Origin: Actinomycetaceae bacterium
GTDB lineage: Bacteria; Actinomycetota; Actinomycetes; Actinomycetales; Actinomycetaceae
Assembly (NCBI GenBank): GCA_030527545.1
Contig: JAUNAP010000009.1
Span: forward strand, 7,185-71,184
Direction: 5' to 3'
DNA length: 64,000 nucleotides
Part shown: piece by piece, positions 1 through 10,285 of the stretch
Layout of the letters: the number at the start of each line of letters is the position of its first letter
How positions within the stretch are numbered: position 1 is the first letter of the stretch
Notes under the pieces: model-generated
The model's database searches: none
Seen by the model: the letters and a program-made list of their open reading frames with translations, nothing else
Told to the model about the DNA's origin: nothing
Translations under genes and position numbers: made by a program

Positions 1-1095
1 CACGATCGACAGGCGGTGGTCAAGAAAGACCTCGAGAATCTCCTTGAGGTTCATCGTGCGCGGCTGGCCGTCGACGAGGGCAACCGCGTTGATACCGAAC
101 GAGTCTTCCAGGGGCGTGTGTTTATACAGCTGGGCAAGAACGGCCTCGGGATTGAACCCATTCTTGACCTCAATGACCAAACGCAGCTCATTTGCGCGAT
201 CCGTCAGATTGGTCACCGCCGACACGCCCTGGACTCGTCCCTTTGTCACGGCTTCCTTGAGCTTTTCGATGACCCGTTCGGGCCCAACCATGTAGGGAAG
301 CTCCGTGACAACGATCCCGCGTTTGCGGGCAGACACGCGTTCGATACTCACGGCCGCGCGGGTGCGGAAAATACCACGGCCGCTGCGATAGGCCTCCTCG
401 ATTCCTGTGCGATCGACGATGACGCCGCCCGAGGGGAAGTCGGGGCCCGGAACTCTCAGCATGAGATCGTCGATGGTCGCATCGGGATTGTCGAGGAGAT
501 ACATCGCGGCACGCGAAACCTCGCCGAGATTGTGGGGAGGAATATTCGTAGCCATGCCGACCGCGATTCCCGAAGCCCCGTTGACGAGAAGGTTGGGAAA
601 AGCCGCTGGAAGCACCTCTGGCTGGGTTGTCTGGTTGTCGTAGTTAGGCACGAAGTCGACGACATCCTCATCGAGGCTTTCGACCATGTCCAGCGCCGCT
701 GCAGCCATCCGCGCTTCCGTGTAACGCGGCGCCGCAGGCCCGTCGTCGAGCGAACCGAAATTGCCGTGGCCGTCAACGAGGGGGACCCGCATGGCAAAAG
801 GCTGCGCCAACCGCACGAGCGCGTCGTAGATCGCGGCATCGCCGTGGGGATGAAGATGAGCCATAACATCGCCGACGACGCGTGAGGACTTGACATGGCC
901 ACGATCGGGCCTCAGGCCCATGACGGACATCTGATAGACAATGCGGCGCTGAACAGGCTTAAGACCGTCGCGCGCGTCCGGTAACGCGCGGGCGTATATG
1001 ACGGAATAGGCGTATTCAAGAAATGACGAGCGCATCTCGTCGGTCACGTCGATATCGACGATCGATTCACCCGCAGATTCCACATCACGTGCCAT
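1..1095 (-). CDS. DNA topoisomerase type IIA subunit A (GyrA/ParC family), C-terminus runs off the window start. ParC (topo IV) is favoured because no gyrB lies upstream in the same orientation
   Basis: The reverse-complement translation begins [105 protein letters not shown]... and includes [22 protein letters not shown], which is a classic GyrA/ParC N-terminal domain. The listed + ORF 16..885 is its antisense frame. Confidence 0.8.
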   Translation of the reverse strand, partial: MARDVESAGESIVDIDVTDEMRSSFLEYAYSVIYARALPDARDGLKPVQRRIVYQMSVMGLRPDRGHVKSSRVVGDVMAHLHPHGDAAIYDALVRLAQPFAMRVPLVDGHGNFGSLDDGPAAPRYTEARMAAAALDMVESLDEDVVDFVPNYDNQTTQPEVLPAAFPNLLVNGASGIAVGMATNIPPHNLGEVSRAAMYLLDNPDATIDDLMLRVPGPDFPSGGVIVDRTGIEEAYRSGRGIFRTRAAVSIERVSARKRGIVVTELPYMVGPERVIEKLKEAVTKGRVQGVSAVTNLTDRANELRLVIEVKNGFNPEAVLAQLYKHTPLEDSFGINAVALVDGQPRTMNLKEILEVFLDHRLSIV

Positions 1096-1166
1096 GTCGC
1101 CATTGTCTAACGAAAACGACCCGACGTGCACATGCGCGGTTGGGCACATGCCCGGGAGGTGAGACC

Positions 1167-2318
1167 ATGGGTGACATGCGAACTTGCCAGCGCGTTCTCG
1201 ACCACATCGAGGCTGCCGACGGACGCCTCACCGACGTCATGCCTTCCCTCGCCGCGGCGTTGGGGCATGCCCGGGAAACTCAGGTTCGCCTTGGCGGCCT
1301 CGAGAGGGCCTCCCACGTCGTGCTCGTCGTTGTCGACGGCCTCGGGTGGCACCAGCTTCGTGCACGCAGTGCACACGCTCGCTTGGCTCTCAAACCCGCG
1401 CTCGAGACGGGCCTCAGGCTTGTCACATGCGTGCCCTCGACCACGGCGGCCGCGCTATCGTCGCTGACGTGCGCGGCGCTTCCAGGACGCACCGGGATGC
1501 TCGGTTACGAGGTAGCCCAACCGGAATACGACCGTGTCGTCCAGCTGCTTGCCATGAAGGAGCGGGGCACGGGACGGGTGATCGAACCGAGCGGATGGAA
1601 CCGCGTGCCGACGATTTTCGAAACACTTGCCCGCAAAGACAGCTCCACATGCGCTATCGTTCCGGGGCGTTTTGTCGGTTCCGGATTGACAAGCTGCGCT
1701 CTCAAAGGAGCCACGCTGCTTACCGCCGAGACGCTTCGCGACCGCGTCGAAGCGGCCATCAAAGCGGCACGCTCCTACGACCTCACCTATTTGTATTTTG
1801 AGTTTCTCGACCACTGCGGGCACGCTCACGGATGGGATTCCCCCCAATGGCTCGACACTCTTGAGGCGATCGACCGCGCCGTCGATGAGGTGCGAAGGAA
1901 GGTCGGAGACGACACTCTCGTCGCTCTCACCGCCGATCACGGCATGGTTAACCCCGATTCCTCCAAGATCCTCGACCTTGCCGACTGCCCCGAGCTGACC
2001 TATCGCTATCTCGCCGGTGAGCCGCGAGCCCTCCACGTCCACCTGCGCGCTGGAGCCGATGTTGAGGAGGAATCACGCCGCTGGGCGCACGTCGTCGGTG
2101 ATCGAGCCGATGTCGTCGCAGGAGCGGACCTCGTGCGGCTGCTCGGTGAGGTGGCCGACGACCGGCGTGGCTGGGTTGGCGACCTGTGGGTGTTCTCACG
2201 CGAACGCGCCCTCGTTGTCGACCGTCGTGTCCACACGGCGGGTGCGCGCAGCCTCAAGGGCGTCCACGGGTCGTTGACGCCAGAGGAGCTCGACGTCCCC
2301 TTCCTTGTCGTGTCCTAG
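1167..2318 (+). CDS. Alkaline phosphatase / nucleotide pyrophosphatase (type I phosphodiesterase) family protein
   Basis: [15 protein letters not shown] metal-site motif and an ADHGM motif are present. The start was moved to the ATG at 1167, which follows a GGGAGG RBS. Confidence 0.65.
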   Translation: MGDMRTCQRVLDHIEAADGRLTDVMPSLAAALGHARETQVRLGGLERASHVVLVVVDGLGWHQLRARSAHARLALKPALETGLRLVTCVPSTTAAALSSLTCAALPGRTGMLGYEVAQPEYDRVVQLLAMKERGTGRVIEPSGWNRVPTIFETLARKDSSTCAIVPGRFVGSGLTSCALKGATLLTAETLRDRVEAAIKAARSYDLTYLYFEFLDHCGHAHGWDSPQWLDTLEAIDRAVDEVRRKVGDDTLVALTADHGMVNPDSSKILDLADCPELTYRYLAGEPRALHVHLRAGADVEEESRRWAHVVGDRADVVAGADLVRLLGEVADDRRGWVGDLWVFSRERALVVDRRVHTAGARSLKGVHGSLTPEELDVPFLVVS

Positions 2319-2319
2319 G

Positions 2320-3297
2320 CTACTGGGGCTCGCGTGGCGGATGATTGCGCGGCTGAGAGCCGAACATAATCTCCTCCCACGTGGGAACCGGACGCCGGTG
2401 CTTGACCCTCGGCTCGTCCGCCGGTGGCCGTTGCTCCTGCGAGTCGATCTCGTCGAGTCCGGGCAGTGTGCCCGTCGTCGGTTCGGGTTCGTCCTCGACA
2501 TGCGGGGGCGGCGGGGGAGTTGAACGAGAGCGGGAATCGAACGAGAGTACCCGTGTCGTCGTCGTGGCGGGGGAGTCGGTGTCCGTCTCGTCGTCGAATT
2601 CGCTCATGTCGACCTCTTGGCGGATCCCCCGTTGGGCGTTGACGTCGTTGAGCAGAGCTTCGGTGACGTCGGACGCATGCGCCTGCCTGGAGGGCATCGG
2701 CGAGGCTGATCCGCGCGAGCGACCTGCGGGAGCGCTGCGTTCTGTCAGCCACGCAGCTTCTTCGTCGATCGCCGAGACCGAGGCGCCCGACGAGTCGAGC
2801 GACCAGTGGGCCTCCCTCTCTTGGGCGTCTTGGATGAAACGGACGATGATCTCCCACGGTTGCGTGTGGCCCGCGCGGACCGCGTCCCACGACAGGGTGT
2901 GCGGCTCGACACCGCGCGCAGCCAGGCGGTCGACAACGAGATCCCCCAGATTGGGTGAGTCAGCTTCGGTCCCGATGCGCGCATGCTGCGCTAAACGGGC
3001 GGCGTGAGCACGCTCGGCAATGATCGGACCAGCGTAGCGGGAAACCTTGTCGGTAGGGAGGTCGAAATCGCGCGAGATTTCCTCTGGTGTCGCACCGGCG
3101 CGGATACGTTCTTGGATCTCGCGTGGACCCAAACCATGGCCAGAACGTCGGGGCGGAACCGAGCGCAGACTCGTGCGGACCTTACAGGCATCGCGGAGAT
3201 GATCGGTGATCTGAAGGGAATAACGAGCGCCCTCATCGTCGGAAAGAATGATCTGATTGCCGTCGGGATGAACTCCCAACACGTGCACGTCTTTCAT
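2320..3297 (-). CDS. sepH: Septation protein SepH-like (DUF3071 N-terminal domain, Pro-rich acidic linker, basic C-terminus)
   Basis: The protein starts MKDVHVLGVHPDGNQIILSDDEGARYSLQITDHLRDA...IRAGATPEEISRDFDLPTDKVSRYAGPIIAER, which is the conserved actinobacterial SepH N-terminal pattern. It lies next to a DUF4193/DUF3710 neighbourhood. Confidence 0.7.
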   Translation of the reverse strand: MKDVHVLGVHPDGNQIILSDDEGARYSLQITDHLRDACKVRTSLRSVPPRRSGHGLGPREIQERIRAGATPEEISRDFDLPTDKVSRYAGPIIAERAHAARLAQHARIGTEADSPNLGDLVVDRLAARGVEPHTLSWDAVRAGHTQPWEIIVRFIQDAQEREAHWSLDSSGASVSAIDEEAAWLTERSAPAGRSRGSASPMPSRQAHASDVTEALLNDVNAQRGIRQEVDMSEFDDETDTDSPATTTTRVLSFDSRSRSTPPPPPHVEDEPEPTTGTLPGLDEIDSQEQRPPADEPRVKHRRPVPTWEEIMFGSQPRNHPPREPQ

Positions 3298-3470
3298 CGA
3301 AGGCGACCATCCTTTCAGTTACTGCCTCTTTGGCGCGTCGTGGTGCCAGTTTAGGACACGTGTCGAACTGACGTGGCAATCCCGCGGGCCGAGGTGCTAC
3401 TATCGCGCAACGGCGATGCATACGCGTGCACGTATCTGTTGAGGAAGTACAGCGCAGAAAGGCGGGCGAG

Positions 3471-3776
3471 ATGGCCACCGATTACGACGCCCCTCGCAAG
3501 AAAGACGACGACGTCGAGTCCGACTCCCTCGAGGAGCTGCAGGCACGACGCGCTGAGGCCTCGGGATCGCCCGAGGTCGACGGTGACGAAGAAAACACCG
3601 CAGCTGAAGAGTTTGAGCTGCCTGGAGCTGACCTGTCGAACGAGGAGCTTTCCGTCGACGTTGTTCCCCGCCAGGACGACGAGTTCACGTGCTCGGTGTG
3701 CTTCCTTGTTCATCATCGCTCACAGCTCGCTGAAGACAACGACGGCGAACTCGTGTGCACCGATTGCGCGGAGTAG
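3471..3776 (+). CDS. DUF4193 family protein
   Basis: It has an acidic N-terminus and a C-terminal Cys pair (FTCSVCFLVHHRSQLAEDNDGELVCTDC) typical of DUF4193. The start was set to the ATG at 3471 (MATDYDAPRKK). Confidence 0.7.
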   Translation: MATDYDAPRKKDDDVESDSLEELQARRAEASGSPEVDGDEENTAAEEFELPGADLSNEELSVDVVPRQDDEFTCSVCFLVHHRSQLAEDNDGELVCTDCAE

Positions 3777-3785
3777 GCTGCCGTC

Positions 3786-4448
3786 ATGGCGTGGTTTAAG
3801 CGTAAGAGCAACAAGAATACCGACGAGACGACCGGTGTCGTCGAGACGGAGGCGCCCCGAGAAGAGCTCGCGGGCGGCACTGACGACACACGTGGCGTTC
3901 GAGGCCCGTGGGACCGCGACGACGAGGCCGCAGCGACCATGCCGCGAGTGTCTTTTGGGGCCCTCGAGATCCCCGTCATTCAGGGGATGCAGGTCGCCCC
4001 GGTTCCCAATCCGCACGATCCCTCGCAGATTCTCGCCCTCGAGGTCATCATCGGGGCCGCCCAGATGCAGGTGGCGGCCGTCGCAACGCGCCGCTCGGGC
4101 GGCGGATGGGAACAGATTCTCGAGGAATTCCCGCCGCTTTTCGAAGGCGAGGGATGCAGCGTCGAACGCGTCGAAGGCGAGCGCGAGCAGCTGCTCATCA
4201 CCCCGCCCGAAGGCGTCGAAGGGGCGATGCCCATCCTCGTCGACGGTCACCAGGGATCCGGCTGGTTCTTGCGCGTTCTCTATCGAGGCGCCGCCGCGAC
4301 AGACCCCTACGCTCGCGCGAGCCTTGAGGAACTCGTGTCCGGCTGCCTGGTCAGCCGAGGCGAGGAGCTGCTCACGCCGGGGGAGCCGATTCCGCTCACA
4401 CTGCCCCAGGTCGAGCCCCAAGAACCCACTTCTACCCATGAGGCATGA
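3786..4448 (+). CDS. DUF3710 domain protein
   Basis: Its composition matches DUF3710 and it sits in the conserved position next to DUF4193. Confidence 0.6.
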   Translation: MAWFKRKSNKNTDETTGVVETEAPREELAGGTDDTRGVRGPWDRDDEAAATMPRVSFGALEIPVIQGMQVAPVPNPHDPSQILALEVIIGAAQMQVAAVATRRSGGGWEQILEEFPPLFEGEGCSVERVEGEREQLLITPPEGVEGAMPILVDGHQGSGWFLRVLYRGAAATDPYARASLEELVSGCLVSRGEELLTPGEPIPLTLPQVEPQEPTSTHEA

Positions 4449-4451
4449 CTC

Positions 4452-4817
4452 ATGCGTGAGTGGCTCGCCCGATTGGGCCGCACCCTTTCTCCCGCCTCGC
4501 GCGAGGACAGCGCGGGCGCGGAGGAGCAGCGCCTGTCGGCTGCCCGCGGGGCTACCCCCGTGCGCGACATCAAGCCGCGCGACGAGGTACGCGTGTGCGG
4601 GGTCATTCGTTCGATCACCTATCCCGCCCCAGGCTCTGGCGGGTCGTTTAAGGCTCGCCTGTGGGATGGCACAGGCACCATCGAGATCGTCTGGTTGGGT
4701 AGGAAGGTCGTCGACGGCATGACAGCCGGCGTCCATCTTGTCGCCCACGGGGTCGCTGCTCGCCGCGCGGATGGCCTGTGCCTGTACAACCCCTCCTACG
4801 ACATCATCGCCTCATGA
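4452..4817 (+). CDS. OB-fold nucleic-acid-binding domain protein
   Basis: The call rests on its conserved position in this actinobacterial cluster and its small size. It shares an ATGA overlap with the next gene. Confidence 0.5.
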   Translation: MREWLARLGRTLSPASREDSAGAEEQRLSAARGATPVRDIKPRDEVRVCGVIRSITYPAPGSGGSFKARLWDGTGTIEIVWLGRKVVDGMTAGVHLVAHGVAARRADGLCLYNPSYDIIAS

Positions 4818-5443
4818 GTCTCACTTCCGGTACGGATCAGATCGACTCCTCCTCGTTCTCCTTCTCCCAGGCCGTGGGGGGATGGCGTGGCGTGTGTGAG
4901 TCTGCCGGGCCGATTGCTCTCTTCCTCGGCGTCTACATCGCGACGGGACGGATGGCGCCCGCATTGGTTGCTGCGCTCGGTTTTGCCGGGGTCGCCGCCC
5001 TCGCGCGCCTGTGGGCTCGGGCAGATCTCAAGCAGGTCGCCGTCGGATTCCTCGGAGTCGCCATCGGCGCTGCCTGGGCGGCAAAGACAGGCAACGCCGC
5101 CGATTTCTTCGCCCTGGGACTCGTTATTAACATCGTCTACGCTTCGGTGCTGGCCGTATCGGTCCTCGTGCGCCAACCCGTCGCGGGATGGGTACTCGCA
5201 CTCACGCTCGGGTGGGGGAAGGGGTGGCGTGCCGATGCATCACGCATGCGCCCGTGCCTCCTCGTTACTGCGGGATGGGCTGGGTTATTCGCCGCGCGCG
5301 TCGCTGTACAGGGGCCGCTCTACCTGTCTGGGGCCGTCGAGATCCTGGGGATCGCCCGGCTCACGATGGGGCTGCCCCTCGTCGCTGTGGCCGCGTGGGC
5401 CACCTGGGCCTACCTGCGCCCGCGCGTGCGGCGCGACGCGTAA
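4814..5443 (+). CDS. DUF3159 family membrane protein
   Basis: It has multiple hydrophobic helices and a conserved neighbourhood. The start was set at the ATG at 4814, which overlaps the upstream stop. Confidence 0.6.
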   Translation: MSLTSGTDQIDSSSFSFSQAVGGWRGVCESAGPIALFLGVYIATGRMAPALVAALGFAGVAALARLWARADLKQVAVGFLGVAIGAAWAAKTGNAADFFALGLVINIVYASVLAVSVLVRQPVAGWVLALTLGWGKGWRADASRMRPCLLVTAGWAGLFAARVAVQGPLYLSGAVEILGIARLTMGLPLVAVAAWATWAYLRPRVRRDA

Positions 5444-6145
5444 TTAATCCTCTTGTGCAAAGTCCTCCGGATCGGCCGCTGGCGCCTCGAAGATACGCTG
5501 GAGCGCCTCGATCTCGGCCTTTTCGCGCACCGGGATGAGGAACAAGAGTTCGTCACCGACTTCGACCGTCGAATCCACCGCCGGCGTAAAGGGGTGTGTG
5601 TCGCGCAAAATCGCGACGACGACCGCGGTGGCGGGCAACTTGAGGTCGATGAGGCGTCGCCCCACAGCCGGTGAATTCTTTGGCACGGTCACAGAGAATA
5701 GCGACGTCGCAGATCCGTGGAAGCGGAAAAGGTGGACGGGCGTTCCCTCAGCCACGACCTCCTCGACAAGCGAGGTCATGATGCGCGGTGTCGATACGGG
5801 AATGTCGACACCCCACGTCTCGTCGAACATCCACTCGTTCGTCGGGTTGTTGACACGCGCGACTGTCCGCGGCACACCGAACTCGGTTTTGGCGAGCAGG
5901 GAAACGACGAGGTTGACCTTGTCGTCGCCCGTTGCCGCGACGACGACATCGGCGCGTTCGGCCTCCGCCTGACGAAGAGTCAACGGGTCGCAGGCATCGG
6001 CGAGAATCCAGTCCGCGTCCGCGAGCTTGGCGACCTGGAGCTTATGCGCCGCGTTGTCGATGAGCGTCACGTCGTGGCTATAAGACAGCAACTCGCGCGC
6101 GATCGAGCGACCAACCGAACCGGCGCCAATAATAAGGATGTACAC
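5444..6145 (-). CDS. TrkA-family potassium transporter peripheral subunit (NAD-binding TrkA-N plus TrkA-C)
   Basis: MYILIIGAGSVGRSIARELL carries a Rossmann GxGxxG motif, and it forms a ceoB/ceoC-like tandem pair with the next gene. Confidence 0.8.
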   Translation of the reverse strand: MYILIIGAGSVGRSIARELLSYSHDVTLIDNAAHKLQVAKLADADWILADACDPLTLRQAEAERADVVVAATGDDKVNLVVSLLAKTEFGVPRTVARVNNPTNEWMFDETWGVDIPVSTPRIMTSLVEEVVAEGTPVHLFRFHGSATSLFSVTVPKNSPAVGRRLIDLKLPATAVVVAILRDTHPFTPAVDSTVEVGDELLFLIPVREKAEIEALQRIFEAPAADPEDFAQED

Positions 6146-6150
6146 GAGCC

Positions 6151-6816
6151 TTACTCCTTCGTGTCCGGGACGCGGGTGAGGGCGTAACGAACGTCAGCCA
6201 ACCGATCCTTGTGGGTGAGGACGAAGAGGACATCGTCGGGTTGGATCGCCAGCGCATCGAGGTCGAGCAGGGCGCGCCCCTGCCGGTCGATGTAGGCAAC
6301 TTCACAGCCAAGACGTTCGCGCAAGTGGTGCACGGCGGTGCCGATCCAGGCGTTGTGCGGCCGAATCCGTGCCAGACACACTCCCAGTTGCGAATCCGTG
6401 TACACGGCCTCAGAACGATCGGGCAAAATCCGCTCGAGAATCTGAACGGAAGACCACGTCGCCGTGCCGATCGTTTGGATCCCCAGTCGCTCGTAGACCT
6501 CGGCACGACGTGGATCGAGGATGCGTGCGACGACGTGCTTGACCCCGAACGTTTCGCGCGCCACGCGGGCCGCGATGATGTTCGTATTGTCGCCATTCGA
6601 TACGGCGGCGAAGCCGTAAGCCTCGTCGATCCCGGCCTTCTTCAGCACCGTTCTATCGAAACCGATGCCCTTGATACGCTGGCCGGAAAACCCCTCGGGA
6701 AGCTTGCGGAACGCCTGCGAATTGATGTCGATGACAGCGACGGAGTGCCCGCGCTCATCGAGCGCAGCGGCAACCATCGAACCGACGCGGCCGGAACCCA
6801 TTACTACGAAATGCAC
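6151..6816 (-). CDS. TrkA-family potassium transporter peripheral subunit (second of the pair)
   Basis: MHFVVMGSGRVGSMVAAALDERGHSVAVID is a second TrkA-N domain. Confidence 0.8.
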   Translation of the reverse strand: MHFVVMGSGRVGSMVAAALDERGHSVAVIDINSQAFRKLPEGFSGQRIKGIGFDRTVLKKAGIDEAYGFAAVSNGDNTNIIAARVARETFGVKHVVARILDPRRAEVYERLGIQTIGTATWSSVQILERILPDRSEAVYTDSQLGVCLARIRPHNAWIGTAVHHLRERLGCEVAYIDRQGRALLDLDALAIQPDDVLFVLTHKDRLADVRYALTRVPDTKE

Positions 6817-6875
6817 GCCCCCAACCTAGACCCACCCCACTAGGTTGGGCTAGTCGCAAGTGGCATGATGGGCCC

Positions 6876-8948
6876 GTGCTTAGTTTCATTCACGGCTTCA
6901 AGAGGATCCTCCTCGGTCGCCCCATGCCTACTCGGGCCATGGGGAACACCCTGTTGCCTAAGCGGATTGCTCTGCCCGTTTTTGCCTCCGACGCGCTGTC
7001 GTCGGTGGCGTACGCGCCAGACGAGATTATTTTGACGCTGGGCCTCGCCGGCCTTGTAGCCTCGACGGCGTCGCTGTGGATCGGCCTGGCGGTGGTGGCG
7101 GTCCTCGTTGTCGTCGTAGCGTCCTATCGTCAAACGGTGCACGCTTACCCGTCGGGTGGGGGCGACTACGAGGTCGCCAAGCACAACCTCGGCTCTCACG
7201 CCGGCTTGGGGGTGGCCTCGGCTCTCCTCATGGATTACATCCTCACCGTCGCCGTGTCGGTGTCTTCGGGCGCTCACTATCTGACGACGGCCATGCCCGA
7301 GCTCACGGGGTATGAAACTCCCATCGCCCTCCTCGTCGTCACGATTCTCGCCGTGCTCAACCTGCGCGGAATGCGCGAGTCAGGAACGGCCTTCGCGATC
7401 CCCACCTATCTCTACATGGCCGCCATCGGCCTGCTCGCCGTTTGTGGCCTCGCCCAAGAACTGATGGGAACACTGGGCCAGGCGCCTAGCGCTGCCTACG
7501 AGTTGACCCCGGCCGCCGGCTACGACGCAGGGATCACGGGCGTGGCAGGTTTCTTCCTCCTCTTGCGCGCCTTCTCTTCGGGATGCGCGGCGCTAACCGG
7601 CGTGGAGGCCATTTCGAATGGTGTTCCGGCGTTTCGCAAACCCAAGTCGCGTAACGCCGCGGCGACGCTCGCGCTCCTGGGGATCATCTCGGCCAGTATG
7701 CTCGTCGCCATCTTGCACCTTGCCCGAGTCACGGGTGTCAAAGTCGTGGAGACGGGGTCGAAGCAGCTCCTCAAGGACGGCGTGCCCGTGGATGCGAGCA
7801 CCGATCCTGTCATCGGTCAGCTCGCCCACACGATCTTCTCCTTCTCGACGCCGCTGTTCCTCTTCGTCACCGTCGTCACGGGACTCATCTTGGTACTCGC
7901 CGCCAACACGGCATTCAACGGTTTCCCACAGCTAGCCTCCGTCCTCTCGCGCGACCACTTCTTGCCCGTCCAGCTCTATAAGCGAGGGGACCGCCTGTGC
8001 TACTCGAACGGGATCGTCGTCCTCGCCGTCGCCGCGGGCGTGCTCATCATCGTCTTCAACGCCGAGGTAACGCGGCTCATCCAGATGTACATCGTCGGTG
8101 TCTTCTTGTCCTTTACGACCTCCCAGCTGGGCATGATTCGACACTGGAACCGAGCATTGCGGGTGACGGTCGGGGTAGCCGAGCGAAACAGGATACGACG
8201 TTCGCGCGTGGTCAACATGATCGGTCTCGTCTTCACCTCCGTCATCCTCGTCATCGTCACGATCACGAAGTTCGTCCACGGTGCTTGGCTCACGCTCCTC
8301 CTCATGGCGATCGTCTTCATCCTCATGCTCGGCATTAACCGGCACTATCGCCAGTCCGCTCACCACACTGACGTTGAGGACTGGGATTCGGCGCATACGC
8401 TTCCTTCGCGCGTGCACGCCCTCGTTCTCGTGTCCAAGCTCGATCTCCCCGCTATGAGGGCGATCTCCTATGCGCGCGCAACGAACCCCTCGAGCCTCAC
8501 CCTCGTCACCGTCGACATCGACCCCGGCGACGCCGTGAAATTGCGTGAGCAGTGGCAAGAATCGGGCACCGACGTCTCGCTGACCGTGCTCGATTCGCCC
8601 TTCCGTGACATCACCGGGCCGGTCGTTACCTACGTCCGTTCCCTTCACAAGCGCTCGCCCCGAGATATGACGGTCGTCTACATCCCGTACTTCCTGCTTA
8701 AGCACTCGTGGGAGCACCTTTTGCACAATCATTCCGCGGCTCGTTTGCGCCGCGAGCTCCAGCACGTGCCCGGCGTTATCGTCGTTCTCGTTCCCTACCG
8801 CCTCCACGCGACCAGTCCCATCGAGGCGCCTGCCCCGGCAGAAAAGACCGAACCGCTGTGGTCTGGTGAAGACATGAATCGACCGAATTTCCGGCCCCTT
8901 CAGGCACGAGTTCCCGTCGTGCGTGATCAGCCCGAGGAGACGTCATGA
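6876..8948 (+). CDS. APC-family amino acid permease with a long conserved C-terminal cytoplasmic extension
   Basis: The N-terminal motif LPVFASDALSSVAYAPDEI is present, followed by about 12 TM helices and a ~200-aa tail. Confidence 0.75.
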   Translation: MLSFIHGFKRILLGRPMPTRAMGNTLLPKRIALPVFASDALSSVAYAPDEIILTLGLAGLVASTASLWIGLAVVAVLVVVVASYRQTVHAYPSGGGDYEVAKHNLGSHAGLGVASALLMDYILTVAVSVSSGAHYLTTAMPELTGYETPIALLVVTILAVLNLRGMRESGTAFAIPTYLYMAAIGLLAVCGLAQELMGTLGQAPSAAYELTPAAGYDAGITGVAGFFLLLRAFSSGCAALTGVEAISNGVPAFRKPKSRNAAATLALLGIISASMLVAILHLARVTGVKVVETGSKQLLKDGVPVDASTDPVIGQLAHTIFSFSTPLFLFVTVVTGLILVLAANTAFNGFPQLASVLSRDHFLPVQLYKRGDRLCYSNGIVVLAVAAGVLIIVFNAEVTRLIQMYIVGVFLSFTTSQLGMIRHWNRALRVTVGVAERNRIRRSRVVNMIGLVFTSVILVIVTITKFVHGAWLTLLLMAIVFILMLGINRHYRQSAHHTDVEDWDSAHTLPSRVHALVLVSKLDLPAMRAISYARATNPSSLTLVTVDIDPGDAVKLREQWQESGTDVSLTVLDSPFRDITGPVVTYVRSLHKRSPRDMTVVYIPYFLLKHSWEHLLHNHSAARLRRELQHVPGVIVVLVPYRLHATSPIEAPAPAEKTEPLWSGEDMNRPNFRPLQARVPVVRDQPEETS

Positions 8949-10165
8949 CTGAGCGAGTTCACCTCGTCAAGCCTGTCCACGGCGGCTACTGCCTGGGCTT
9001 CGGTGAGGGCGTGACCTACTTCGTGCGCCATGGCATTCCCGGAGAGGTCGTCGACATTGAGCCGACGCGTCGCCGGCGGCGCATGGTGTGGGCCGACGCT
9101 GTCGACATCGTCGAGCCGTCCGCATCGAGGAGACCGAGCGTGTGGCCGGAAGCGGGGCCGGGAGGCGTCGGCGGGGGAGAGCTCGTCCACGTTTGTCTGG
9201 AGGCTCAGCGCCGCTGGAAGGCCGATGTCGTCGCGGAGACACTGGTGCGATTAGGGCACCGCGACTTTGCCGCTGCGACTGACGGGCTCACGTGCGATGC
9301 CTGCCCAGGGGAGGACGAGCGTGGAGGGCTGGGGTGGCGAAGTCGCCTCGAGCTCACTGTCACGCCCGATGGACTCGCCGGCATGCATCGGTGGCGAGAT
9401 CAATCGGTGCAAGCCTTGGAGATGATGCCGCTCGCGCTCGGGGAGATTATCGACATGGGTCTCCTGGGGCCGGACAGCCCCTGGCGTGCGCTGTGGACAC
9501 CGGGCGAGCGCATTCGGGCCGTGCGCGGAGCGGTACGCATCGGGCAGCGATGGTACGACCGCGAGCAGCGCGCGATGGAAACGCCCCCGCGGCTGTCCTA
9601 TGAGGCAGCGGGCCTGACCTACGACGTGTCGGGGGAGGACTTTTGGCAAGCGCACGTCGAGGGCGCCGGGGTACTCGTTCGGCGCGTTCTTGCCGCCTGT
9701 GCGGATTGCGAGGGCCCGGTCCTCGAGCTGTATTGCGGCTCGGGCTTGTTTACGAGGCTGCTCGGCGAGAGGCTGGAGACGACCTCGCTGCTTGCGGTAG
9801 AAGGATCGCCGAGTGCGGCTCGCAGTGCCGGTCGGATCGTCGAGGATATCGGGGTAGGGGAGGTACTCGCAGCACGCATCGACGCGGCGGCGATCAAGGA
9901 ATGGTGTCTCGGGTGCTCCCCTGCGCTCATCGTGACGGACCCGCCACGCGCCGGCATGGGCACGCAGGCCGCACAAGCTTTGGCGGCAAGCGGCGCGCGC
10001 AGGATCGTCTACATTGCCTGCGATCCCGCCTCCCTCGCGCGTGACGGCAAGGTCCTCCTCGAAGCGGGCTACCGTATTTTGCAACTCACGTGTGACGATT
10101 TATATCCCCACACGGCTCACGTCGAGACGGTGGCGGTCTTCGATCGCAGCGAAAAAGTGGCGTAA
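8945..10165 (+). CDS. Class I SAM-dependent RNA (uracil-5-)-methyltransferase with TRAM-like N-terminus (RlmD/TrmA family)
   Basis: A TRAM-like N-terminus is followed by a methyltransferase fold (LELYCGSGLFT ... TDPPRAGMG). It overlaps the permease stop. Confidence 0.7.
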   Translation: MTERVHLVKPVHGGYCLGFGEGVTYFVRHGIPGEVVDIEPTRRRRRMVWADAVDIVEPSASRRPSVWPEAGPGGVGGGELVHVCLEAQRRWKADVVAETLVRLGHRDFAAATDGLTCDACPGEDERGGLGWRSRLELTVTPDGLAGMHRWRDQSVQALEMMPLALGEIIDMGLLGPDSPWRALWTPGERIRAVRGAVRIGQRWYDREQRAMETPPRLSYEAAGLTYDVSGEDFWQAHVEGAGVLVRRVLAACADCEGPVLELYCGSGLFTRLLGERLETTSLLAVEGSPSAARSAGRIVEDIGVGEVLAARIDAAAIKEWCLGCSPALIVTDPPRAGMGTQAAQALAASGARRIVYIACDPASLARDGKVLLEAGYRILQLTCDDLYPHTAHVETVAVFDRSEKVA

Positions 10166-10224
10166 TCGCGGTCGAAAGCATCATTGTCGCCGCCTAGGCG
10201 TCAAAGTCGTGCACGCACATGGCG

Positions 10225-10241
10225 CATCAAGTATCTTGATG
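10225..10241. promoter_or_regulatory. Perfect palindrome CATCAAGTATCTTGATG (7-2-7) about 45 bp upstream of the aconitase start; candidate operator
   Basis: The palindrome is visible directly in the acn 5' region. Confidence 0.3.
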
Positions 10242-10285
10242 TCGAGAGAGCGCGGAAGCGCAACGATGCCACGTGAGGAGTGCAC

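Noticed and set aside
16-885. 289-aa + strand ORF at the window start
   Set aside because: It is antisense to the GyrA/ParC gene, whose reverse-strand translation is unmistakable, and its protein has low complexity
3373-4722. 449-aa Arg/Ser/Pro-rich + ORF, and the 342-aa minus ORF 3720..4748
   Set aside because: They are alternative-frame or antisense readings through the DUF4193/DUF3710 genes, typical high-GC artefacts with an R/P/S-rich composition
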